Source of the DNA: Candidatus Shapirobacteria bacterium
GTDB taxonomy: Bacteria > Patescibacteriota > Microgenomatia > UBA12405
Length of the DNA: 64,000 nt
Direction of reading: 5' to 3'
Assembly: GCA_041665485.1 (NCBI GenBank)
Contig: JBAYIT010000003.1
Coordinates: 67,146 to 131,145, forward strand
Below the pieces are notes generated by a model. That model was not told the DNA's origin and ran no database searches. It was given only the letters and a program-made list of their open reading frames with translations. Position numbers and translations under genes: made by a program. Below, piece after piece: positions 1 through 8,916 of this stretch; the first letter of the stretch is position 1, and each line of letters opens with the position of its first letter.

Positions 1-58
1 CTTATCGATCTTTTGGGAATAATTATCGGTCTCATTCTCTATCAAGTATTTACCCGAT

Positions 59-124
59 TTGACAGATCAAAATAATCTCCGTAGTATTAACGCAAGACAT
101 ATTTGTTTAACACTATAGGAGGTG
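59..124 (+). promoter_or_regulatory. sigma70-type promoter and strong Shine-Dalgarno of the SipW operon
   Basis: TTGACA 59-64, 17-nt spacer, TAGTAT 82-87; GGAGGTG at 118-124, 8 nt before ATG 133. Confidence 0.75.
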
Positions 125-132
125 AGTATTAA

Positions 133-669
133 ATGAAGAAAATTCTTATTAGTTTTGTTACCGTTATTGCCCTTACTGCTTCGGTTGCCGCCGGAACCAG
201 AGCTATCTTTTCTGGCAACGATAAAGTTTTGGGCAACACCGTCACTACCGCCCGGATTTCTATTGACGCTGAAACCATCGTCAATAAACCGTTAAATATT
301 ACCGGTTTACTTCCCGGCCAAAGCGGATCCCCGGGAACCGTCGATCTCGTCAACGATGGCGACGCCCCCCAAATCCAATACATGTACGTCGAAAATGTTG
401 CCGGTACTCTCTGTCCGGCCCTTGACCTGACAATTGGCTATAGCGTCTCTAGTCCGGGTGTTTTTAGTCATACCTTTGGAACCTGGAAATTGGCGGATAT
501 AACCGGACCAGCTAATCGTCAGGGTGTTGGTGAAACAGTTCCGGTTTCTGCCGGTAGTAACACTCGCCTAGTTCAACAGGCCTCTTTGGCCTCCTCTGTC
601 AGCGACCCAAGCTTAATGGGTGCCACCTGCACCTGGGATGAGGTTTTTGTCGGCGAGCAGGTTCAATAA
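133..669 (+). CDS. TasA/CalY-like protein with SipW-dependent signal peptide (candidate major fibre subunit)
   Basis: N-terminus ...AAGTRAIFSGNDKVLGNTVTTARISI matches the SipW-class signal pattern (GTxAxFS...N.h.ta); adjacent to SipW. Confidence 0.75.
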   Translation: MKKILISFVTVIALTASVAAGTRAIFSGNDKVLGNTVTTARISIDAETIVNKPLNITGLLPGQSGSPGTVDLVNDGDAPQIQYMYVENVAGTLCPALDLTIGYSVSSPGVFSHTFGTWKLADITGPANRQGVGETVPVSAGSNTRLVQQASLASSVSDPSLMGATCTWDEVFVGEQVQ

Positions 670-670
670 C

Positions 671-736
671 TACTTGTCGGCCTAAGAGTTGCTCAAGCCC
701 CTCACGGTTTGTGCAACTTAGTAGGTTAGACAAGTA
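671..736 (+). promoter_or_regulatory. long imperfect stem-loop filling the intergenic region
   Basis: TACTTGTC(671-678)/GACAAGTA(729-736), plus inner pairs GCCTA/TAGGT, AGTTGC/GCAACT, CAAGCC/GGTTTG. Confidence 0.7.
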
Positions 737-1272
737 TGAAAAATCTATATCTAGTTGTCGTTTTTTGTTTGATTGCTATTGCCAGTCTTTCGGCCATGTC
801 GGTTTTAGGTCTGCCCCAAAATCTCCGGGCTTTTGTTGTTCTTTCTGGCTCGATGGCGCCCAGTCTCAAAACTGGCAGTCTTATTTTTGTCAAACCATCT
901 TCTGAATACAAAGTTGGTGATATTGTTACTTTTAAAGCCGGCTCCGATGCCGATATTAAAAACCCTGCCAACACCGTCACTCATCGTGTTATTGACATTA
1001 AATTCAAAGATAACCAAATTTCTTACCTCACCAAGGGTGATGCCAACACTACCCCAGACCTTGACCCTCGTCCGGCCGGCCACGTTCTTGGTCGGGTCAT
1101 TTTGTCTATTCCCTATATCGGTTATCCGGTAGGCTACGCTAAAACTCAACAAGGTTTTATTCTTCTTGTTGTTATCCCCGCCACTCTTATTGTTTACAGC
1201 GAGCTTATTAATATCCAGAAATCAGTCGCTAAACTAATTAAAAACAAAAAGAAACATGGCCAGAAAACTTAA
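736..1272 (+). CDS. sipW: signal peptidase I, SipW/S26B type
   Basis: VVLSGSMAP (Ser), VTHRV (His), TKGDAN, IPYIGY, C-terminal TM. Confidence 0.9.
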   Translation: MKNLYLVVVFCLIAIASLSAMSVLGLPQNLRAFVVLSGSMAPSLKTGSLIFVKPSSEYKVGDIVTFKAGSDADIKNPANTVTHRVIDIKFKDNQISYLTKGDANTTPDLDPRPAGHVLGRVILSIPYIGYPVGYAKTQQGFILLVVIPATLIVYSELINIQKSVAKLIKNKKKHGQKT

Positions 1273-3397
1273 TCGAATTCTGGTTATTTTAGTTGTTGTT
1301 TGTTTTCACTTTCTCCCATCTACTAATGCCTATTTTATCGGTCAAACCCAAGTCACGACCAATTCGGTCTCCTCTGGTTGCTGGCTGCCCCCCGCCACCC
1401 CTGATCCGATTTCTCCTTCTGATAATTCATTTGTTGGCCAAGGGGCTTCGTGGTTGGCCGACCCCTATTTTGATTGGAGTAATTCCATTAGCCTTTGTCC
1501 CCAAGCCTTTCAAATTAGCTATCAATACGAGTCTTACTCCGACTCCGATTTACAAACCCTTCTTTTCCACTCCACTCTCTTGTCAGATTCCCAAATTCCT
1601 GCCCCCCAAACTTCCGATGGTGTTTATTATTGGCGTGTTCTCGCTTGCGATAATTTAGGTAGCTGTTCTCCTTGGTCGTCTGTCCAAAAATTAACCATCG
1701 ACACTTCTGCCCCCAGTTCCGAAATTACCGATCTTCCAAGCTCTTCTTCGAGTTCCAATTTTATTATTAATTACCTAGCCACCGGCGACAATCTCGATTA
1801 TGTCACTCTCTGCTATTCTTGGAATTTAACTCCTTGGATCTGTTCACCCGGGTTTCAAGACCATCCCCATTCTCCCGGCTCTTTTGACTTTACTTCCCCG
1901 AAAGGTGATGGCACTTATCATTTTGCCACTCTTGCCCATGATCTTGCCGGCAACGGCGAAAACAAAAATTTATCTGCCGATCCATTAGCTATTCTTTCTT
2001 TTCCCTCCACGGTTGTCGACACTAAGTCACCCACCACTAACCTCAATCAATCTTCTTTTTCCGATGATCACTGGACTGGCCAAAACTTAGCCATCAATAC
2101 TTGGCAAATCGATCCTTTATCTACTGGCGATCATTTTATCGGTTCTACCTCTGTCGAAATTGGTTTTTCCGGGGCGCCTTTGAGTGAAGATGCTCTCGAC
2201 GCCGTCTACCAAATCTTTTCTCTACCTCAAAACATTTCTTCCCACCTTTCCTTTTGGTTTCGGGGGCAAAGCCAAGACACGGTTGATTTTGACCAATTTC
2301 AGGTTCAAATTCGTCGCCCCGACGACTACTTACTGGAATATATTTTAGCCACTGGCAACAAAGAACTGCCCGATAGCGATACCTGGCTAGGCGGTGATTC
2401 CGATTGGCGCTGGTTAAGCCACCCTCTACTGTCTTATGCCGGCCAAACTATTAAAATTTGGTTTGGCCTCACCAATCGCGATTCAGAGCCTAATGCCCGC
2501 ACTTGGGTCGAGCTTAAAGATGTTGTCGTTTCCACTCTCGACCCTCGCCTTTCTGGTACCGATCCGGTTACCATCGACACTCACGATACTGGCACTGGTG
2601 TTGGGGATACAACCGCTCCATTCTCCACCACTGTCGGCGAAAATAATTTAAATATCGGCGCCACTGATAACGCCGGTAATTCCGAAACCCCTAATTCTTC
2701 CTCAATTGTTGTTTTGCCACCCCTAGTTCTTAATCAAATAAGTTTTAATCCCTCAAATCAATTTATCGAGCTTTATAACAACGGCTCGGAAAATATTGAT
2801 CTTTCTGGTTGGTATATTTCTCAAGTTGGTCAAACCCTGTCTATTGGTTCAACCATCATCTCTTCTAAATCGTCCCTTAAAATAGAAAATATCGATACTA
2901 GTCTATTTGATTTTACCGATACCTCCGGCACGGTTGACTTAATTTCTCCCCTGACGACTAAGGTTGATTCCACTACTTATTTTTCCGCCGGCCATGCCGG
3001 TGAAGTCTGGCAACGCCTCCCCGATGGTATTGGTAACTGGGGGCTTTACTACGAAGATGTTTCCGGCAACATTGGTTTCCGTTTGAATGTCAACCGCATT
3101 ACTCTAACTATCGCCAATATCCCCTCCGATTTTGGCGCCAATCCAGCCGACCGTCTTGATTACAAAATTACTTATACGAAAACTGTCGATGGTACATCAT
3201 TAGGTCAGCAGATTGCTGGTTCCATTTCTATTGGCACGATCGTTAATCATCGCGCCGATCGTGATTTTTATCTTGGCACTTGTAGTAGTGGTGGGGCTTG
3301 CACCCCCGACTCCGGTTTAGGTGCCAACTTTGTTCTTTCTCTTACTGGCCAAATCGGCTCGGAATCAGTTAATATCAACCAAGTCTTTTCTCCATGA
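1256..3397 (+). CDS. large secreted SipW-substrate protein with Ig/FN3-like and lamin-tail-like domains
   Basis: TNAYFIGQTQVTTNSVSSGCW SipW-type signal; DGVYYWRVLACD..G..S.WS Ig-like motif; LVLNQI...QFIELYNNG..IDLSGWYI lamin-tail motif. Confidence 0.75.
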   Translation: MARKLNRILVILVVVCFHFLPSTNAYFIGQTQVTTNSVSSGCWLPPATPDPISPSDNSFVGQGASWLADPYFDWSNSISLCPQAFQISYQYESYSDSDLQTLLFHSTLLSDSQIPAPQTSDGVYYWRVLACDNLGSCSPWSSVQKLTIDTSAPSSEITDLPSSSSSSNFIINYLATGDNLDYVTLCYSWNLTPWICSPGFQDHPHSPGSFDFTSPKGDGTYHFATLAHDLAGNGENKNLSADPLAILSFPSTVVDTKSPTTNLNQSSFSDDHWTGQNLAINTWQIDPLSTGDHFIGSTSVEIGFSGAPLSEDALDAVYQIFSLPQNISSHLSFWFRGQSQDTVDFDQFQVQIRRPDDYLLEYILATGNKELPDSDTWLGGDSDWRWLSHPLLSYAGQTIKIWFGLTNRDSEPNARTWVELKDVVVSTLDPRLSGTDPVTIDTHDTGTGVGDTTAPFSTTVGENNLNIGATDNAGNSETPNSSSIVVLPPLVLNQISFNPSNQFIELYNNGSENIDLSGWYISQVGQTLSIGSTIISSKSSLKIENIDTSLFDFTDTSGTVDLISPLTTKVDSTTYFSAGHAGEVWQRLPDGIGNWGLYYEDVSGNIGFRLNVNRITLTIANIPSDFGANPADRLDYKITYTKTVDGTSLGQQIAGSISIGTIVNHRADRDFYLGTCSSGGACTPDSGLGANFVLSLTGQIGSESVNINQVFSP

Positions 3398-4599
3398 AAA
3401 CTAAATTAATTTTTCTAGTTTCTAGTATCTTGTTACTAGTTTCTAGTTTCCCCGCCTTGGCGGGAAACAACATCACCATCACTTGCTCCTCCGCCGATAC
3501 CTGCACCAATTCCTCCTCACTTCCAATTTTTGACGAAACCAATATCGCCCCCGGTTATATTGTTTCTCCCGCTCCCATCTTAACTGTTATCAATCAACGT
3601 CAAAACGATGAATGTAATCTAACTTTTTCTGCCGGTAACCTGGCCGGCTCTTCCGACTTATTGTCAAAAATTAGTTTAAGCATTACCAGTCTTGGTAATG
3701 TTGATTATGCCGGTAATATTTCCAGTCTTCTTGATGGAGAATCTCGATCCTTAGGTATTATTCCCCCATCTTCCGACCGTCAATATGTCTGGACTACTAG
3801 TTTTGATCAAGATGCCGGCAACGATCTTAAAAATACCTCTGCCAAATTTGACCTAGATTTTAATTTCAGTTGCGATTTACCTCCCACTCCGACTCCAACT
3901 CCAATCGCAACCTCAACGCCAGTACCAACATCTAAGATCCAGGATCCAGGATCTAATAATTCCGGTTCTGTTCTCGGCGTCGCCTCCGCCCCCAGTTGTA
4001 ACGACACCGCCCCCAAAGGCGCCCCCATTTTATCCGGCATTATCGCTGGAGTAAATAGTGCCACTCTTACCTGGCTTCCCGCCCCTGCTCCGGTTAGTTA
4101 CTATTTAATTGCTTACGGCACTTCGCCCGGCAAATACCTTTACGGCAATCCCAATGTTGGTGGCCCGGGCACCACTAGCTACACGGTCACCAATCTTTCC
4201 GCCAACACCACTTATTATTTCGTTGTCCGGGCCGGCAATGGCTGTGCTCCTGGCCCATTTTCCGCAGAGCTTTCCTCCACCCCCGGCGGCGTAGTTCTTC
4301 CCGCCAGTCAGATTCCCCCCGGCTTTCAGCCCGGCGTTTTAGGTGAAACGACTGAACCTACTCCCACCATCACTCCACCCACCGGAGAAGTTATCGGTGT
4401 CAATACCAGTTGTCAACAAAACATAATTCCATTTATCATCAGCCTAATTATCTTTATTATCTCCTCCTTTCTTTATTTCAAACTCCGTCTAAAATTAGTC
4501 TTATCTATCTTAATTATTTCAATAATTTTATCAATAGTCTTTTTCCCAAATTGTTTGTGGTATTTCTACATTTCAAATTTCAAATTGATTAAAAATTAA
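3394..4599 (+). CDS. secreted fibronectin type III protein with PT-rich linkers and C-terminal membrane anchor
   Basis: signal peptide; ATLTW...YTVTNLSANTTYYFVVRAGNGC FN3 motif; two C-terminal hydrophobic helices. Confidence 0.8.
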   Translation: MKTKLIFLVSSILLLVSSFPALAGNNITITCSSADTCTNSSSLPIFDETNIAPGYIVSPAPILTVINQRQNDECNLTFSAGNLAGSSDLLSKISLSITSLGNVDYAGNISSLLDGESRSLGIIPPSSDRQYVWTTSFDQDAGNDLKNTSAKFDLDFNFSCDLPPTPTPTPIATSTPVPTSKIQDPGSNNSGSVLGVASAPSCNDTAPKGAPILSGIIAGVNSATLTWLPAPAPVSYYLIAYGTSPGKYLYGNPNVGGPGTTSYTVTNLSANTTYYFVVRAGNGCAPGPFSAELSSTPGGVVLPASQIPPGFQPGVLGETTEPTPTITPPTGEVIGVNTSCQQNIIPFIISLIIFIISSFLYFKLRLKLVLSILIISIILSIVFFPNCLWYFYISNFKLIKN

Positions 4600-4625
4600 A
4601 AATTTAAAATTAAAAATTTTCTCCA

Positions 4626-5465
4626 ATGACTCGTCTCTGGCACCTGCTTTTCCTGCCACATCCCAAGAATAACCACAAGGCTTTTTTAATTCAACCAGGT
4701 TTTCTTGGCCTTTTTATCGCCCTCTATCTTCTCAACCAATCTTTTATTCGTACTTTTACCATGCTTCGCCCTGGCGTTTTGGGCTATTCCTCCGAAATTA
4801 CCGCCGCCAAAGTTTTAACTCTCACTAACGCTGAAAGGCAACGGGAAAATCTACCCATTCTGGTTTACAACTCAAAACTTGAAGCCTCAGCCACCAAAAA
4901 AGCCCAAGACATGTTTGCCAAAAACTATTGGGCCCACTCTGCCCCCGACGGCACCTCTCCTTGGAGTTTTTTTAAAGATGCCGATTATCAATATACTGTT
5001 GCCGGTGAAAATCTGGCCCGCGATTTTTACGACACTGAAACTATGTTTCAAGCCTGGATGAACTCTAAAACCCATCGCGACAACATTGTCGACAAACGTT
5101 ATCAGGAAATCGGTATCGGTGTTGTCAATGGCATTCTCGGTGGTGTTAAAACCACCCTAGTTGTCCAACATTTTGGTACTCCGGTTGTGGCTGTTGCCAC
5201 TCTCCCCCCAGGCCAGCAAGTTCTTCCCGCCACCGTTGAATCAGGTCCGGCGGTTAAGCCTCAATTTACTCTCAACCCCCTCCTTATCAGTAAGGTTTTT
5301 GGCGGAGCCATCTTTATGATCATCATGGTTGTTTTGGTTGTTGATGCTTTCATCACTCTCAAAAACAAAACCCACCGTCTAAGTGGCTCGGCCACCTCTC
5401 ATCTTGGCTTTATTGCCATTATTTTTCTCCTCTTATTATTTAGCCGTCAAGGCACCATCTTTTAA
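4626..5465 (+). CDS. CAP/SCP-domain membrane protein
   Basis: LTNAER, KAQDM..NYWAH, AGENLA, WMNSKTHRDNI, EIGIGV. Confidence 0.9.
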   Translation: MTRLWHLLFLPHPKNNHKAFLIQPGFLGLFIALYLLNQSFIRTFTMLRPGVLGYSSEITAAKVLTLTNAERQRENLPILVYNSKLEASATKKAQDMFAKNYWAHSAPDGTSPWSFFKDADYQYTVAGENLARDFYDTETMFQAWMNSKTHRDNIVDKRYQEIGIGVVNGILGGVKTTLVVQHFGTPVVAVATLPPGQQVLPATVESGPAVKPQFTLNPLLISKVFGGAIFMIIMVVLVVDAFITLKNKTHRLSGSATSHLGFIAIIFLLLLFSRQGTIF

Positions 5466-5467
5466 CC

Positions 5468-5734
5468 ATGCATTTTGTCTTTCATTATCTTCGTCAAAAA
5501 CCGCTCGATTTTGTTCTCCTTTTCCTCTTTTTTGCCATTTGTCTGGTCTCTTTTTTTGTTTTTGGAATCGATGGCCACTCCCGTCGTTCTATCGTTTACA
5601 TTACTGCCGGTGGCTATTTCCTCTGGAGCCTGGCCTATCACTATCGCCGTGGCGATCTCCATCCCTCCATCATCATCGAATACCTCGTCATGGCCTTACT
5701 CGGCACCATCGTCCTCTCCACCACCCTTTTTTAG
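5468..5734 (+). CDS. small membrane protein (3 TM)
   Basis: hydrophobic 88 aa ORF starting 2 nt after the CAP gene. Confidence 0.7.
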   Translation: MHFVFHYLRQKPLDFVLLFLFFAICLVSFFVFGIDGHSRRSIVYITAGGYFLWSLAYHYRRGDLHPSIIIEYLVMALLGTIVLSTTLF

Positions 5735-5827
5735 TTTCTTAAATTCTTAAATTTTTAAATTATTTTAGTTTGTAATTTGTTAACTGGAACTTGTTTGGAA
5801 ATTGTAAATTTGTTTTTTGTAATTTTA

Positions 5828-6481
5828 TTAATTCTTGCTTCTTAGTTCACCAATTTTTCTCGGATCCCCCGACAACAACTCTTGGGGCACTTTTATTCCC
5901 CTAAATTCCGCCGGTCTGGTGTATTGAGGGTATTCTTTTACTCGCCTTTTTTTATCTCCGCTTTGGATTAAACTAAAACTTTCGTTTTTAGCCGAATCTT
6001 TATTTCCCAACACCCCCGGAATCAGTCTGGCAATCGCATCGATCATTGTCAATGCTGGAAGCTCACCTCCGGTCAATACATAGTTACCAATCGATATTTC
6101 CTCATCCACCATTAAATCAACTATCCTTTGGTCTACTCCCTCGTAGTGTCCGCAAATTATAATAAACTCTTCATCTTTTGCCATTTTTTCAGCCTTAGCT
6201 TGAGAAAAAGTTTTTCCTCGGGCCGAAGTCAAAATTACTTTGCCCTTATTTGTCTTTTTAACTTCCAATAATGCTTTTTCTATTACATCAGGTCTAATCA
6301 CCATTCCCGGGCCCCCGCCAAATGGTCGATCATCCACTGCTCCATAACTGTTCCAAGCCCACTGCCTCATTTGGTGTAAATTAACCTCAACGAGCCCATT
6401 TTTCACCGCCCGCCCTAAAATACTGGCCCCCAGTATTCCCTCAAACATCTCTGGAAATAGCGTAATTACATCAAATTTCAT
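5828..6481 (-). CDS. trmD: tRNA (guanine-N1)-methyltransferase
   Basis: MKFDVITLFPEMF, VDDRPFGGGPGMV, ICGHYEGVDQR, SIGNYVLTGGE, EYPQYTRP; start moved to ATG 6481. Confidence 0.97.
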   Translation of the reverse strand: MKFDVITLFPEMFEGILGASILGRAVKNGLVEVNLHQMRQWAWNSYGAVDDRPFGGGPGMVIRPDVIEKALLEVKKTNKGKVILTSARGKTFSQAKAEKMAKDEEFIIICGHYEGVDQRIVDLMVDEEISIGNYVLTGGELPALTMIDAIARLIPGVLGNKDSAKNESFSLIQSGDKKRRVKEYPQYTRPAEFRGIKVPQELLSGDPRKIGELRSKN

Positions 6482-6502
6482 TATTTGTATTATACTTAAC
6501 CT

Positions 6503-7693
6503 ATGACCAAAAACACCAAACCTAGTCAAAAGACTGCCGTTGTTGTCATCGCCACCTATAATGAAGCCGGAGCCATCGGCAATATGATCGATACTCTTTT
6601 TGGCAAAATTTTCCCCAAAATCACCAATTGGCACTGCCAAGTTCTTGTCGTCGACGACACCTCCCCCGATAAAACCTATGAAATTGTTCAAAGGTATCAG
6701 AAAAAATATTCCGATCTTCATTTGGTTATCAACCCGGAAAAGAAGGGGATGGGCAATGCCATTGTCAAAGGCTTTCAATATGCCATGCAACACCTCAAGG
6801 CCGATGTGGTCTGTGAATTCGATGCTGATTTTCAACACCCTCCCGAAGATATTCCTAATTTATTGGCAAAAATCGACGAGGGTTATGATTTTGTCATCGG
6901 CTCTCGCAAAATCAAAGGTGGTTCGGTTCCCTCATCTTGGGGTTTCATGCGTAAATTTTGGACATATGTTGGCGGGTTTGCTTCCCGTTCTGTTATGTTT
7001 TTTCCTTTCCCTTCCTTTTTTAAAGTCACCGACCCCACTACTGGTCTCCGGGCTTCCCGGGTTAAGGGCTTTGTCGATCAAATCGATCTTGATCATCTTT
7101 ATTCCCTAAAATTCGGCTACAAAATCGAGCTTCTTTATCGGATGATCAACCTTAAAGCCAAATTTACCGAGATTCCTCTCCGCTTCGGTCTTCGGGAAAC
7201 CGGCGAATCAAAAATTTCAAAAGACACCGCCAGAGACATCTTTTTTGTCTCTCTTAAATGTCGCTGGTACGACGAATTTACCCAAAAATTCCTAAAATTT
7301 GGCCTAGTTGGTGGCTTTGGTTTTATTATCAATGTCGTTGGTGCCAGAGTCTTCAAGTCCTTTCTCCTCACCCCCGATTCCAATATTAGCCTAATTAATG
7401 GTTTATCAAACGGCCTGGCCGCCGAAATCTCCATCATTTCCAATTTTATTTGGAACAATCTTTGGACTTTCAAATCGGAAAAGATTACCCAAGCCAGTCA
7501 GCTCGTTTCCAAATTCCTCACCTTTAATTTATCCTCAATTCTCAATGGTATCGTTATCCCCTCGGTCATTATTTCTCTCTTAACCGGCCTCTTTGGCGAC
7601 CATCTTTTCCTTTACCAAGTCATCGCCATCTTCGGTCTCACCATCCCCCTCAACTGGCTCACCTACAACAGGGTAATTTGGAAGAAAAAATAG
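6503..7693 (+). CDS. polyprenol-phosphate glycosyltransferase (DPM1-like GT2) fused to GtrA-like domain
   Basis: ATYNE, VDDTSPDKT, DADFQH, GSR; C-terminal FLKFGLVG..G...NFIWNNLWTF GtrA motif. Confidence 0.9.
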   Translation: MTKNTKPSQKTAVVVIATYNEAGAIGNMIDTLFGKIFPKITNWHCQVLVVDDTSPDKTYEIVQRYQKKYSDLHLVINPEKKGMGNAIVKGFQYAMQHLKADVVCEFDADFQHPPEDIPNLLAKIDEGYDFVIGSRKIKGGSVPSSWGFMRKFWTYVGGFASRSVMFFPFPSFFKVTDPTTGLRASRVKGFVDQIDLDHLYSLKFGYKIELLYRMINLKAKFTEIPLRFGLRETGESKISKDTARDIFFVSLKCRWYDEFTQKFLKFGLVGGFGFIINVVGARVFKSFLLTPDSNISLINGLSNGLAAEISIISNFIWNNLWTFKSEKITQASQLVSKFLTFNLSSILNGIVIPSVIISLLTGLFGDHLFLYQVIAIFGLTIPLNWLTYNRVIWKKK

Positions 7694-7695
7694 CA

Positions 7696-8043
7696 GTGAC
7701 AGGAGAACTTGTTTATCACCGCTGGGCTCTAGCCAAATTAGTTGCCCGATATGCCAGTGGTGGACTTTCTGTTGGAAATTCTGAAGTCGGAGGAATTGCT
7801 GGATATGTCGATAGGCAAATCGTTTTTTTTACAGAAAACAAACCGTCTCGCAGGCCTGGTCCTGTTCCAACCTCATACACCCTAGAACAGGCAAGACAGA
7901 TGTTGTCAACAATCTCCTCAAGGATTGGTGGTAGTCAAACGGTTGCCGTTAATATGGAAAAACTTGGCGTAACTTCGGAATTGATCAACTATCTTTATCA
8001 GGAAATTCTACCTCGCGCTTCGGTCACGAATTGGGATTCGTGA
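7696..8043 (+). CDS. hypothetical protein
   Basis: open frame following the GT2 gene, ending at a terminator; probable GTG start at 7696. Confidence 0.5.
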   Translation: MTGELVYHRWALAKLVARYASGGLSVGNSEVGGIAGYVDRQIVFFTENKPSRRPGPVPTSYTLEQARQMLSTISSRIGGSQTVAVNMEKLGVTSELINYLYQEILPRASVTNWDS

Positions 8044-8046
8044 ATC

Positions 8047-8077
8047 AAAAACCCGCCTCTTGCGAAGCGGGTTTTTT
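8047..8077. terminator. bidirectional intrinsic terminator
   Basis: AAAAACCCGC-ctcttgcgaa-GCGGGTTTTTT between convergent genes. Confidence 0.85.
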
Positions 8078-8114
8078 CTAGATTCGTAAACTCTAGACTC
8101 GTAGATTCTTAACT

Positions 8115-8867
8115 CTAGAGTAGCTTATCCACACTTGCCTTCACCGATTCTAGTGGTAAGGCTCCGGGGATAAGTTCCACCGCTTTGCCATTAACCACAA
8201 TTATCGTTCCCGGAGTTCCATTAATTCCGGCTTCAGCACCTTTGTTCATCTGGTCTTTGACTTTTTGGGTAAATTTACCGGCATCGAGGCAAGTTTTAAC
8301 TTTAGCCGTATTCACCCCAATCTGTCCGGCCATTTCCACCATTTGTTCCTTGGTAAAGCTGGTTCCAGTTGATGCTGTTTTGCTATACACCATGTCGCTA
8401 TAACTCCAGAACTTGTCCTTACCACCAACATCATTAACGCATTCAGCCGCTTCGGCTTCCATTTGAGCATTGGCATGGAAGGGGAGTGGGTAGTGGCGGT
8501 ACACCCAACCGATTTTGTTGCCATACTCTTTCAACACTTGAATCATTGTTTCATGAAATCGTTTACAGAATGGGCACTCATAGTCCGAATATTCCACCAG
8601 CATTACCTTAGCATTTTTATTGCCTCGAACATAATCATTGCCGTCAATTTTGGGCATTGCCACCAAATTCGGTGTCGGTTCTGGTTGAGCCGCCGCCGGA
8701 TCATTTTGGCTGGGAACTACCGCCGCCGGAGCACTGGCTACCCCCTTCTCTAGATTCTGGATTTTAACAAAGGTATAGGCTGAAAAAACAGCCGTAAATA
8801 AGGTCAAAACCAAAAAAGGTGTCATCCACCCATTGTTGTTATTACAACATTCTTTTTTGTCTATCAT
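8115..8867 (-). CDS. DsbA-family thiol-disulfide oxidoreductase, membrane anchored
   Basis: EYSDYECPFCKRFH, YRHYPL, GINGTPG; N-terminal TM. Confidence 0.93.
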   Translation of the reverse strand: MIDKKECCNNNNGWMTPFLVLTLFTAVFSAYTFVKIQNLEKGVASAPAAVVPSQNDPAAAQPEPTPNLVAMPKIDGNDYVRGNKNAKVMLVEYSDYECPFCKRFHETMIQVLKEYGNKIGWVYRHYPLPFHANAQMEAEAAECVNDVGGKDKFWSYSDMVYSKTASTGTSFTKEQMVEMAGQIGVNTAKVKTCLDAGKFTQKVKDQMNKGAEAGINGTPGTIIVVNGKAVELIPGALPLESVKASVDKLL

Positions 8868-8916
8868 TTTTGTAAAAATTATTAAAAGCAATTTTTGCTA
8901 CTACGAGTATAGCAAT

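Noticed and set aside
6482-6838. N-terminal 118-aa extension of the trmD ORF
   Set aside because: Antisense to the GT2 gene; TrmD homology starts at MKFDVITLFP (6481) with a -10 box just upstream
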